This document shows positions 27,046 to 38,879 of a DNA stretch of 64,000 nucleotides, one piece after another (the first letter of the stretch is position 1; every line of letters begins with the position of its first letter). The position numbers were made by a program, and so were the translations under genes. This stretch comes from Tubulanus polymorphus (taxonomy: Eukaryota; Animalia; Nemertea), in the NCBI RefSeq assembly GCF_964204645.1, contig NC_134033.1:12470655-12534654 (forward strand). The letters are read 5' to 3'. A model generated the notes under the pieces. The model ran no database searches. It was not told the origin of the DNA and worked only from the letters and a program-made list of their open reading frames with translations.

Positions 27046-28676
27046 CCCCGGGACCCGGATTCACGAACGGGGTGAAACTTTTGATTCGAATTAGGTGATA
27101 ATTCGAATTAAGAACGCTTAAAACGCTTAATTCGAATTAGGACCCGCCCAGACCCTCTGATCTAGCGTTGCTGAGACACGCTGTCGTTCTTGCGTTGTGG
27201 CGTACTTAACAGCAACATCGACTCGGCGTCACCCTTGTCCTTTACATTTTACGTCACCGCGCATGTAAGTTGGTAAAATAATGATGAAATGTGCATTTAT
27301 TTTGTTATAACGGAATATTGAATATATAATTGAAACATATAGGGCCTGAATGATATAATGTTACATAGCCTATACGCGCATACATCTGTAAAACAATATA
27401 CTTTTTGTATTGAAGATATTTATTGTAATACTGATTACGTATGATTTCTAAGACCTGAATCTAGACGTAAGCACAGCTGTAAACCGAGTACTGAGATTCA
27501 AGATATCTATTTCAAACCATGCGGAAATTAGATTAGTGATTAAAACTCTTCGACTTTTTCTCTTTTTTTTCTTATGATGAATTAATACGCGCAGATCTGT
27601 TTTGTATTGAAAGTTTATATAACCATAAAGTTGTAGCTAACGATCTTTTTATATGGCTTAGAATACGACTTTCTTAATAGTTTTATTTCAAATTTTGTGA
27701 TAGATTGATTATCACTGTCGGCCATTTTATTTAAAGTTTCTTTACCAGAAGCTGGCGACACCGACACGCGTCATCGATTTGGGCCTGAACATGTTGTACA
27801 GGGCCTATCTACGTTATGTGCTGTGGCATATGAATATATTCTGTTCGCGTTGGTTGGGAGGGGGAGGGCGATTGGGGGGTCGCAGAAAATCCATATCTCG
27901 GCGAACTGACGAAATTATAGTGTAATTTATACATATACGAAATATATTGAATAAAAAATTATAACGATAATGATAATTATAATAAGAATACGAATAAATA
28001 TGATTTAAACATGTAATAGTTGGCTTCCTTTCACATATTTCGGTTTTTGTGTAGTTTCAGACCTGATAATCAATTCATCCTGCAGTAAACAAATAAGATT
28101 AAGATTGGAGATCGAGTTTTTACACATGTTGTTTCTACCGCACAGAATGCGAAGACTTTTAATTCCCCTGGGCCACGAAGAGGGGGTTTTCCACGAGACG
28201 GAAACCACACACGCGGTGAAAACTCAAATTAAAAAACAAAAGCTAAATTCTCCTTTAGAAAAACTACCTCTTATCGCCGTTTCATCGTAAAATTCTCCGT
28301 GTACAGAAGAGTCCACGGGGCCGTTATCAGGTAACAATGACGGTGACATCGCCGTGCGTGCCACAAACTGGTTTGTACCAGAACGACCCGAACCAGCCCG
28401 ATTTGGCCATTCTATACATTGCGCATGAGTGGCCGTGGAAGGATTATTCGAGCATCGCATTGAACACGATCTACCAGAGCTATATGAGCACCTAAAATTA
28501 TGATTAGAATGTTAAGAGTTGCCACGACCACAATTTTGACCTGGGTACTTTATGCAAATTGCTGCTGTTGATGCCGAGTCCGGGTGAACAGATGATGTTT
28601 CCGGTTCGAACCCGGTTATCTACTCTGAATCTAAGTTATCTTAATGGTAGTACAATAACCACACTCAAACGCGGTG

Positions 28677-28904
28677 AGATAAAAACCCACTATGTACAAA
28701 TTAAAAGAATTTTAAAATCGAGAATTTATTTATTTATTTTTATTAATTTAATAAATCCCTTGTTTTTAGTCTATATATTTACACCTGTCGATGATCTCTA
28801 GGGTGAGATCGAAACGTCGTGTATCTTATATTTTAGATTTTTGAATAAATAATAAATTTTCGATTTTAAAATTCTTTTAATTTGTAAGTAGTGGGTTTTT
28901 ATCT
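28677..28904. mobile_element. Fold-back Penelope-like repeat with central hammerhead-like motif (28780-28823, +)
   Basis: Inverted AT-rich arms; TACAC CTGTCGA T GATCTC TAGGGT GAGATC GAAA CG TC GTGTA. Confidence 0.65.
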
Positions 28905-29009
28905 TATTAGTTGAACGGCGCTGATAGAGGTTAGTCGTTTGTGTCCCAGGTTCGAATCCAATCCTATCAAAGATCCCGATTGTGCGCGGTATGTCTCTGT
29001 TTCTAACGT

Positions 29010-29575
29010 CACTAAGAAAATCTGTATGGATTTCTAACTATGGAGCTATTGTGATTTTAGTTCACTGAAAATGCAATAGATGGCGGTCAATCATCGAAAT
29101 GGCCTTTGGACACAAAATAGAATTACAAAAACCACCCGAAATGAAAGTATATAGTGCCTTACGTACATGCATGTATTCAAAACATATTCAAATAACTCGT
29201 AAATTATCTAATTAGGCAACGTAATTATTTTTCTAACGTTTTTGAACTTAATAAATAGAAACGACTGGATCATTCGGTCGATTATGAACCCGTCACTGGT
29301 GGCATCAGAGAATGAATCATACAGTCGTTTCTTTGTAAGTCCAATAACGTTGGACGAATAATTACGTTGCCTAATTAGATAATTTACGAGTAATCTGAAT
29401 ATGTTTTGTAGTCATCGATGTGTACAAAACACTGGTTATATTCATTTCGGAATATTATCGCGCATCTTTCTGGTGTCGAAAGAGGTTTTCGATCTTGTAC
29501 CGCCATCTATTGGATTTTCAGTGAACTAAAATCACAATAGATCTTTTGTATAGAATCCATAGGTTTTTTCGCAGT
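29010..29575. mobile_element. Long-TIR fold-back MITE
   Basis: Imperfect inverted arms over 200 bp, e.g. CTATTGTGATTTTAGTTCACTGAAAAT / ATTTTCAGTGAACTAAAATCACAATAG and CTCGTAAATTATCTAATTAGGCAACGTAATTATT with its reverse complement. Confidence 0.75.
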
Positions 29576-29807
29576 CAAGATATGTAGGGACGAATAAATA
29601 AAACTGCGGGACACTCGTTTTTATCGTTCAGGCAACCAATAATCCATGAATCTGCACGTAGACCAACCGAATAACCAAATACACCGCGTGAACCCGAAGC
29701 GAAATCCTTATCTATTCTATCTTCACCTGAAGCGAATGCAGCAAAACAATGAAGACAAATCTTTGTCAACAAAATCAATAAACAATCTTTCCTCGCTTTA
29801 ATTTCAT

Positions 29808-29813
29808 TTTATT
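29808..29813 (-). terminator. Candidate poly(A) signal for GTF2F2
   Basis: AATAAA on - strand about 650 nt after the stop codon. Confidence 0.35.
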
Positions 29814-30460
29814 TTTCATTTCTCCCCGAGTACAAAGCAGTAAAAAAGTTCTACATTGTACAGACCCACAGTAAACGAATGTGGTTAAAAGTTTCACATC
29901 TTACAAATCACAAACTTGTCACACATAAGATAATCTTAACACCAACCATATTGCATTACTAACCAGACCTGAGCCGTGGTAATCAGTAACCGTAGAAACT
30001 GTCGTTCAATTTTACGACCGGACATTTCACGCAAAAAGTCAGATTTGATATAAAATGCTTAACACCGACAACGATAAGGAGCTGTTCATGAAGTTTAAAC
30101 GCAAAATCTCCACATCCCATCGATTCGTACATACTTATACAAGGCCCCTTTGTAGGTCAATCCTACTTAACTCAGATCAGTTCAATCGTTCATGGTCCAC
30201 CCGAAAGTATATATGTAAAATATGATGTTTATTTCGGATTTATCATCGACCACATGACTTCAGTACCAAATGATCCCAACTAAGTGTGGCTGTAAGTAAA
30301 AAGTTTAACGAGCTTACGCATTTTTCTCAGACATTTTTCCCACATCACTTAACGATCAATTGTAAGTCAATCGATACATAGTAAACGACTTCCATACGAC
30401 ATGCCACATCTTTATAACTATATAAAGTCTTAAAGCCTGAGCAGACACGCATTCGCTCGA

Positions 30461-30577
30461 TCACGTATTGCTATCGTCTTTATAATGCCGGAATTCCGCT
30501 TTCAATTCCCACATGTTTTTATGCGGCTGTTTCGTGTTGTACGTGCAGAATTCCTTCAGAATTTCTTTCAAATACGT
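30461..30577 (-). CDS. GTF2F2: GTF2F2 exon 7 (last)
   Basis: TYLKEILKEFCTYNTKQPHKNMWELKAEFRHYKDDSNT*. Confidence 0.93.
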   Translation of the reverse strand, partial: TYLKEILKEFCTYNTKQPHKNMWELKAEFRHYKDDSNT

Positions 30578-33500
30578 CTGAAATGAAAATTCGCGAGCGT
30601 TCAGAACGCGTGACATTTTTACTACAAACAACACCTAACAATACCGGTAACAGGATAAGAATTGTTTATTGCCTGTAGATAATTAACCTTACTGTGAACT
30701 GGCTCCAGAATATAAGATACTATATTAGTTTATTTCCAATGTCCTAACCTTATCACTTCCACCCAGTACTGGCTACAGGATAACAGGATTTTATATAGTG
30801 TATATCAGTTTTTTTCCCACGACTCTAACTTAGAACTGGCCCCAGGATAGTCAAACACTGCTTCAAAAATACCACACTTTCTACTACAGCGGCTTCCGGC
30901 CTCTCTATACTTACAACTGGTTGCTTGGTTATCGTGACCAAGTCTTTGATGTTGTAATATTGATGTTTCTCGAACGCCGAAAACAACATTTCCATAACGA
31001 CATCTTTATCCGACCTCGCTCGCTTGCCTTCTTCTTTCTTCTTCAAATCGTGTTCAATCTGTCGAACAAAAATAAACATAAGGTGACATCATTAAAACAC
31101 CTGATCAACCCTTGCGATTCTATATAGGAGCAGCCGGTAAGTCGTACTGTGCATTATCTGCAAACTAGTGACACCTGGTGGATTCTCACTTGCGACAAGA
31201 AGAATTCCCTATTGCTACGCTAATTGATGTCCTATGTCCACTAGCACGCCTGGTGGATCCTCACTTGCCCTGTGAGGAATCCAAGTGTAACAGGAAGAAA
31301 TTTCTGTCCTTCCCGAGATTCGAACTCTCGATGTCTGGCGTCCAAAGCAGACGCTCTACTGCTGAGCCAAAGGGAATATTCCCGCTAGCCGAGCTAGTAG
31401 GAACGCTGTTATACAGTCTGTCACACTCACCCCCTTCTTGGAAGTACAAGTCCTCATGTCGTGATTCCCTAAGGTGATTGACATTACCACTCATGACGAC
31501 TGTGGGACGACATGAACTTGGACCCAGAGTTATCGCAGAGATGGACGAGCCCCCAAATGTAACAGGAAGAAATTTCTGTCCTTCCCGAGATTCGAACTCT
31601 CGATGTCTGGCGTCCAAGGCAGACGCTCTACCGCTGAGCCAAAGGGAATATTCCCGCTAGCTGAGCTAGTAGGAACGCTGTTATACACTTTGTCACACAA
31701 GCCTGCTGCCACTTTTCAGACTAGTGACAAAGGGGGGACTAGCGAATTCCATTAAGTAGAACTTTAATAGAAGACTTGCTACAAACCACTTTCAGGGACT
31801 ATATCCCTGGCAAATATGGAGTCTTAACTTGTATAATTCAATTAACTAAGAGTAAGTCATCGTTCGGATAAACCATCAACCTAATGATCGTCCTAACTGC
31901 GACGAGTTTGACCGCACAGAAACATTTAGAACCAGTTCGAGTCAACTTCACAAAATCAAAGCGTTGAATTTTATGAAAGAATTTTGAAAATTCACGAAAA
32001 ATAGAAGAAAAAAGAAACGGGAAAAACGACAACGAAAATGAACCGAACGATTTTCAGCGAAATCAACGAATCCGATTGGAAATGATACGATGTACCTGGA
32101 TTTTGAAAAGTCGACCTGAATAAACAGCAGCGTGCTACAAGTAAGTGATAATAAGCGGCCACCCTGAATGAGTAGTAGGTAGATAGAGAAGCGATTCAGC
32201 TACGATAACGAAACTTACGTTGAATCTATGATTATTAACCGGTTTATACGCGTTGTGAATCTTATCGAGTTGTATGACTTCGCGTTGCGGTTTATTCGTT
32301 TCTTCAATCTGTTTCCTGCAAAATAATCAAACAACAATAAAAATCAATGTTTACGACGAAGACGTAAAGTCGAACTTGATGTAGCTATCGATAAAAAGCA
32401 GCCTGTGATTGGCCTCTTCATACATTCATCAGTTGCTGGGTGAAATTTTGATGGTAATTTTTTTGAAAGTGTACTGATATATAAATATGTTATGTCTGGT
32501 GGTTCTTAGTTCATTTCCAACTAAAAACATCCGACACAAAGTTCTAAACACATGCGATACCTTTCTTCGCGATCGAAAGTTGGAATGAAGTAAAATAGCG
32601 ATAAAGTATATTGCCTTGCTTTACATCATTTGAATAGCTATTGGATTTTAACAACCTCATGACAGGACAATGTTTGAAGTGTTGCCCGCACGCTGTAAGC
32701 AGCCAGCAGGACTCGAAACCCGCTTGTCATTCAGTACTGATAGTGAATGCCACAGAATCACGGCTTATACCACTGAGCTACTGAGGCTGCTGTGTGAGAT
32801 GGTGCAGGATCCAGGCAGCACCAGCATGAGAAAAATTAAATATCTCGATTCATCGGACGTTAGAACGTGAAAAGATAACAAACCTTTTTAGATTCATGTA
32901 GTTTTTATCGGCCATCGGGCGACATTCCGCACGTTGGATGACTTTACCTTCGACGCTGACTTTTTCTGAAAAAAAATTTAGAATTGATTCTTCAGTTAAA
33001 CGATTGAACGCGAACAATTTTTAATTCTTGGGTTGAACTTTACTGGACAAACAGGGCTCGAACTGAGGGCATCTCGGCTTAAGGTGTGGAATGGGGTCAA
33101 ATTTAATCACATGGAACTGGATCCGGAGTCAAACTAAACCCACAGAACTGTAGAACTGAAAAACTGGTTTCAAACAATAAGTTTCAATTTGGTGATGTCG
33201 TAGTGGGGATCTGACAAGGCAGCCATGTTTCAACTGAATTCAAGAATTAATCTCACCATGATTAGTTTCGGTAAGAATCGACAGGTTCTGATTGGCTATA
33301 CCGGTCAGGACGAACTTATGATCTTTCGGTACGGGAGTCTCTCCGGGTCTCTTCTGCAGCTGAAACAGCGTATCGTCCAGCGTAAACACAACCTCCGGTT
33401 TACCGCCAGCTATCCTTAGAAATATAACCAAATAAATCATCGTTAATAATAATCGCAATACATGTAATAATTTCATCATGATTTATCATTTCTATTAGCA

Positions 33501-34189
33501 CTTTCGTGCTGCGTTTTCATCAGTATGCGATGTATCTCCCATCCATCCTATATAACCAGAGGGCGCGGAGTATACTAATAATTGTTACGTAGTTGTTAAA
33601 ATCGCTATCGAAAGATGGCAGCACCTATCAAACATTTGAAAATCTCAGTAACAAAACGCTGCACTGCGGGGTAGACACAATAAATAGAGCATTATATCGA
33701 TAATACTTTGCACTGTGTTGAAATTACCGTAGTTAGTTACCTAATCGTTGGTGGTTAGCTTTTTATAATCAGATGGGCTTATAATACGTGGATTGTGAAA
33801 ATATCCGATCATGAAACTAAACCAGACGGGTTACTGACTAGTAGAATTATGGGTAATATTTTGAAATTTCTTCAGTAATATAGGATAATTTGAAACATCA
33901 GCAGAGAGAGAGTTAATCGTATGAATCAAAATGCCGTTATTAGGATTACTTTGGTTTGGTTATTCTTAGTTTCCCGACCTCGGGACGGCCTTCGCCTTTC
34001 TTCCACGTTTCTGACAGATACTTCGGAACCTACATCAAAATGAAATAAACGAAAGTCAATTTTAGATCGCTTTATTTCGAAAAATTACTTATTCAACTAA
34101 TTAGAAAATAGCCTAATTACTTTGACGAGCCAAACTCCGCGGCCAGCGCCAGTTGTTTCCAGGTCCTTTGGTTCGTGTACTGTTTCCAT
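30461..34189 (-). CDS. GTF2F2: General transcription factor IIF subunit 2 (TFIIF beta, RAP30), complete, 7 exons, 248 aa
   Basis: Exons 34189-34121, 34029-33950, 33414-33257, 32965-32884, 32315-32219, 31058-30915, 30577-30461 (747 nt, phases consistent). Motifs GVWLVKVPKYLS, EVGKLRI, EGKVIQRAECRP, KKKEEGKRARSDK..MLFSAFEKHQYYNIKDLV.ITKQPV.YLKEIL, KNMWELK. Confidence 0.97.
30915..31058 (-). CDS. GTF2F2: GTF2F2 exon 6 (winged helix)
   Basis: IEHDLKKKEEGKRARSDK..FEKHQYYNIKDLVTITKQPV. Confidence 0.95.
31286..31697 (-). mobile_element. Non-autonomous LTR retrotransposon (TRIM) with tRNA-like LTRs (Helenus-type)
   Basis: Two 140-bp TG..CA LTRs (31286-31425, 31558-31697; 5 mismatches); PBS TGGGGGCTCGTCC (31543-31555); PPT AAGAAGGGGGTGAG (31426-31439); CAAG TSD on both sides; A box and B box inside each LTR. 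Confidence 0.92.
32219..32315 (-). CDS. GTF2F2: GTF2F2 exon 5
   Basis: KQIEETNKPQREVIQLDKIHNAYKPVNNHRFN. Confidence 0.92.
32661..32827 (-). mobile_element. tRNA-derived repeat (SINE head or solo tRNA-type LTR) in GTF2F2 intron 4
   Basis: A box TAGCTCAGTGG and B-box-like GTTTCGAGTCC; no intact cloverleaf. Confidence 0.45.
32884..32965 (-). CDS. GTF2F2: GTF2F2 exon 4
   Basis: KVSVEGKVIQRAECRPMADKNYMNLK. Confidence 0.92.
33257..33414 (-). CDS. GTF2F2: GTF2F2 exon 3
   Basis: IAGGKPEVVFTLD..PKDHKFVL..QNLSILTE. Confidence 0.9.
33950..34029 (-). CDS. GTF2F2: GTF2F2 exon 2
   Basis: VPKYLSETWKKGEGRPEVGKLRITKP. Confidence 0.92.
34121..34189 (-). CDS. GTF2F2: GTF2F2 exon 1
   Basis: ATG METVHEPKDLETTGAGRGVWLVK|gtaatt. 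Confidence 0.92.
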
Positions 34190-35517
34190 AGCCCTCTTGG
34201 AATAATAAATCAACTGAAAATAGTTAATTAAATTCAAAGTTAAGCGTAGATCAAGAGGCAAAACAGCACAAAATCACATGATGACACATGTTAATCACAG
34301 ATTACTTTTTTGGGGGAAAGCATTTTTGCCGTTCAGTTAATATAAAAGACTAAGTAGCTTTATAGGCCTTATATGGGTTTAGTACGTACCCTTATGAATG
34401 TTTATCGATCGGACGGTAATGAATACTTAGTTCTTGTCCGATCGGATCAAAGGAACGTGAATTATAACGAGATATATTATGAGAAATAGTGAAATAGTTG
34501 TAGAAACCGGTAATGTATCAATATAGAAAAGATTGAATTGAATTGGTTATGTATTCTGTACCGCCATCTAGTGTACACAAATCAAATTCAAATTTATAAT
34601 TTATTAGCCCCTCGCCTGCCACGGATGGCTACACATGCCCGCTTGGTCCGTCGTGCAACGGCCGGATGATTTTCACATTTTGCCCTCTAGCCCGGTTCTT
34701 TATTTTAGGGTAGAAATAGACATAAATTGTCCTGAAAATGTTCGCTGTTGTCTCTGTCGTTGAGAAGTTGTGGAACGTTCCGCTCGATTTACGCGGGGCG
34801 CATCACATCCTCGAGTCAATGCCGATATATAGCTGGCGATCCTAATATGAATACATCCACTTTTCGGGCATCTATTAAAATCTTTACCGCTTTTAATTGC
34901 TACTAAAACAACAGAATTGCTATATGATGACAGCTATCGGGAGATAAAGCAAGTCAGCAGCCATAATATATCAAGTCATTTTAAATTGCGCGGAGTGTGA
35001 CAAGTCAGCCAATCAATCACTGATCGCTGTTCTATTCAAACCACATATTTCTTTAATAAGTTCATAAATTGACCATCACTGACCGATTCAAACTTCTCGA
35101 ATATGAGAAAGAGTCACCACAAGTGATAATAAGTCAATATTATTTATTCTAAGAAAACTCATGGTAGAAACGACGATGAAATAAACAAAGCAGGGCCAAG
35201 CCCAAAGGGCTTCATTTGAATCAACCTTTAAATGTTAAAAATTTCATGAAACGATTGAAAGGTTTTAAGGTTAATCATATTTATTTTCATACAACAATTA
35301 TAGAAAATGCCAGATTACGAGCTTGAGGAATTATAATGTAATTCCTCAACCACGATTTCAAAAAAGACCAACCATAATGGACGTATAAACTATAAACTAG
35401 GACAAATTATCAATGTTCATATATCCTCATTCATCAAGAAACTCTACTCTATTTTACGATGGGACCTTAATTAATCGCTATCACATGAACCACTGAATTT
35501 TATACAACGGTGAAAAA

Positions 35518-36029
35518 TGAGGAGAGAATCCCACAATGATAATAAAAAGTCCGAAAATCAAACTTCGAGATAGTAGTTTATTTCAACGTTTCGACTATAT
35601 CCTAATAGTCATCTTCAGGAATAATGAGATACTACAGAAATTATGAGATATATATACAATCCAGAGACAAAGAGACTAATTCAAGTAATCAGAGATGATA
35701 CAAACTAAAGGTTTCATTTTCGGACTTTTTATTATCATTGTGGGATTCTCTCCTCATCGCGTCAACACGGATATAGTGTTCTACCAATCGTGAAAATCAA
35801 TAGATGAGGAGAGAATCCCACAATGATAATAAAAAGTCCGAAAATGAAACTTCGAGATAGTAGTTTATTTCAACGTTTCGACTATATCCTAATAGTGAAG
35901 ATTCCTGAAGATGACTATTAGGATATAGTCGAAACTACTATCTCGAAGTTTCATTTTCGGACTTTTTATTATCATTGTGGGATTCTCTCCTCATCGCGTC
36001 AACACGGATATAGTGTTCTACCAATCGTG
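35518..36029. mobile_element. Penelope-like retroelement remnant: two tandem fold-back units with minimal hammerhead motifs
   Basis: Inverted arms; 12-bp direct repeat AACGGTGAAAAA at 35506-35517 and 36030-36041; CTGAAGA..GAAACGTT core. Confidence 0.75.
35578..35624 (-). ncRNA. Minimal type I hammerhead ribozyme motif
   Basis: TTATTC CTGAAGA T GACTAT TAGGAT ATAGTC GAAA CG TT GAAATAA. Confidence 0.65.
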
Positions 36030-36685
36030 AACGGTGAAAAAGTTGAAGAGTTATAACATGATGATGAACGTGTATGTCGTTTTATTCTTATGACAACTAT
36101 CATATGCTGCTAAATGACAGGTTCAAAGAATCTATCATATAAGTTCCTCGTGAACAAACACGTGAACTGTATAGCAAAAACAATTCGACATAAAAGCATT
36201 AATCTTATAGATAAAACTTTTTATTGCGTCTAAAAGTTTAACATTTTATGTCGACATATTTTCGCACATACAACTCTTTAAAATCCTGACTACTTAAGGT
36301 TCAGGCTAAGTACATTATTTCACACCAAGGAATATGAAATGAACCACTATTTCAAATAATGGTCGATAGAGGACTAAAAGACCAATTCATCCAGGTTTAT
36401 ATGTCATTATTATCACAAATCATTCAAAGCTATGCTCAACTAAGTATTAAAAATTATCTGAACTTAAGTCCCAATATCATGTTGATATATCTCTGTCAAG
36501 GCGCAATTCAACCGACCTATGATTCGAAACTAGGCAGTGGATGCGATCATTTAAACAGCGTCACCAACCTAAGTTAACTCATATATGGGAGCAAAGATCA
36601 AAATCATGCAGCTAGATTTTATGAAGGAACCTAACGTGAGGAAGAAGGAACCTAAATCAGATGAAAAAACAGAATGACTGATAGT

Positions 36686-36855
36686 CAGTGTTTATAAGAT
36701 GAACTAATATATTTGCTCCCCCGGAATCAGTGTTTATAAGATACACTATTGTCTCTGCTGCTCTTGGATCAGTGTTTTTAAGATGCGCTATTGTCCATGC
36801 TGCTCCTCGAGTGTTTATAAGATCTGCTACTGCTGCTCCTGAATCAGTGTTGGTA
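36686..36855. repeat. Degenerate about 40-bp tandem repeat
   Basis: TCAGTGTTTATAAGAT...TGCTGCTCC recurs about 5 times. Confidence 0.7.
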
Positions 36856-37555
36856 GAAATCCACCATCACCAGATATCCATCGTTGGGCGATAACTCGCT
36901 GCTGCTGGCTCCACAACTTCCACGCCTTGAATCATATAAAGACAAATGTCAATATTGGGTGGCTTGTCCCCAGTTTCAGGGGGTTGGAGGGGAGGGTAAT
37001 GGTGGGAGTAGAGGGATGGGGGACATGTGGGAGGGATGAGGGTTTACATCGAAGTTTGTAGACCGTTCCGCGTGTTTTTACCTGAAGAATATCCCGATTG
37101 AAGCGGTCATATTCCATTGCAGTAATTTTCATGCCGTGCATTTTCAGAGTTCCCAGGGGTACAGCCCAATATTTCCAGCAGGTACTACCTATGCACTTTG
37201 GGCTGGTCACTCTGGGTCAAACAAATATTCTAAAAACTGCACTTTTCCAGGTTTTATTACTTTTTTATTTTCGTATTTGAATATCCTACAATTGATTTCA
37301 CACTATAGCATTAAATAGTCATTTAGTTCTGTACACAGATCAAACCAACGCCTGCCCGACCACATCTTTTTACTGTTTTATTATTAAGTCACAACAAAAA
37401 TTATAGCGCGGGCGCGAAACTAACGAGGCTGAAGGAATTTACATTGATAACGATACCAAATTTATGACTAGAGAAATTACACGTTTTAAGATTATTGAAA
37501 GACAAATGCGCTAAATAATACAATGTTTGTGCGCTAGCTGAGGAACTTCGCTAGA

Positions 37556-37795
37556 CATAAGCGGATCTAGGAAATTTAGGAAGCGCCGGGGTCCAGAAGA
37601 AAAGAACAGGCATTTTTCAGATAAAGCACACACACATCATAGGCTACCATAGCAGGGTATTACCCTCGCTATTAGATATTTTTCCTTAGAAAAACATCGG
37701 AAAATATGCAATTTCTGAAAAAATTGATGAAAAGGGCAACGTCAGTAGAAAGGCAGGCCTCCGGACCCCGAGACCACCCCCTAAATCCGCCCCTG
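37556..37795. mobile_element. MITE related to 23506-23775
   Basis: CATAAGCGGATCTAGG ... CCTAAATCCGCCCCTG. Confidence 0.55.
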
Positions 37796-38879
37796 ACTAC
37801 AATGAACATTATGTTGAAAACTAAGCTTTTGAAACTACGACAGCACATGGCCGGTTGTAGGCTCCACCAAGTCTGGTTTACTAGATCTTTCTTTGCATAC
37901 CTCAATTCCCACATTTGTGAGTTAGATTTAACTCTGTACATATATATATTCAACCGTTTAAGTAATTGATCGATTTAATATACAACTGTGGAACTGGGTC
38001 TTAGATTTTTTAAATCATGAGCTAGAATTCGTCTATACTAGGCTCCTGAGATTTTTTAGCCAGCAGTGGCTAAACAAATCACTAAAACCCGTTACGAATA
38101 GAAGCAACTACGATTAGGATGCCACACAGTCATCCTGAAATAAGTGTAACTTCTCATTTTTTTTCGATGAAATGATGGAATGAATGTTGGAGTAAGAAAA
38201 AAAAAATAAAAAGTTTCAGCTTAAAAATATATATCATTATATACACTAAACTTCTTGGTTTGATTGTATTCATTCTTCATTGAATGTATATATAAATGAT
38301 GCATTAACTTCCACCGAAGTTCTCAAATGGCTCAATTTCACCCGCGGTTCCATAGTTGTAGGTTATAATTTGGCTTCAAAGTTAAAACATCATTTAGTGT
38401 TTGTGAATGAAGCTGGCTTAAGTCATCGCATAAGGTTGTCACTTAGTTAAAGCGAATTTCACTGTAATCCGATCTCTTCCAAACCATGGAACCGCTTGGT
38501 TCGTGGCATAATGATGTCACATAATGGCAAGTAAAACTACGGCAATAAAGACATAGAAAGGTAACACTAAAAGATGAAAAAACGTCGCTAAAAGCCAGCA
38601 AAATATCCTGGAATACTTAGAACTACAATGGATCGCGATATGTGTGACCTTTATATATATATACATATACCATATATAGAAAAAAAAATTGAGCACCAAA
38701 AATAAGTCAAAAATACATATATTCATATTACACATTTTAAAAGCATGATTGGTAAATATTGCATTGAAGATTTATTTGAGCATAGCTGGACCTAAGTTCC
38801 GATAAGCGTAACTCATTCATAGGAGGCTAAAAAGAATGTTTGTATGGCTATGAGTTGAGGGTGTCTGATAAGCCGTATA

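Noticed and set aside
31305-31385. Functional tRNA-Pro gene
   Set aside because: Acceptor, anticodon and T stems are imperfect and it lies inside an LTR
31178-31712. Duplicated short ORFs on both strands
   Set aside because: Artefacts of the two LTRs; no gag or pol motifs
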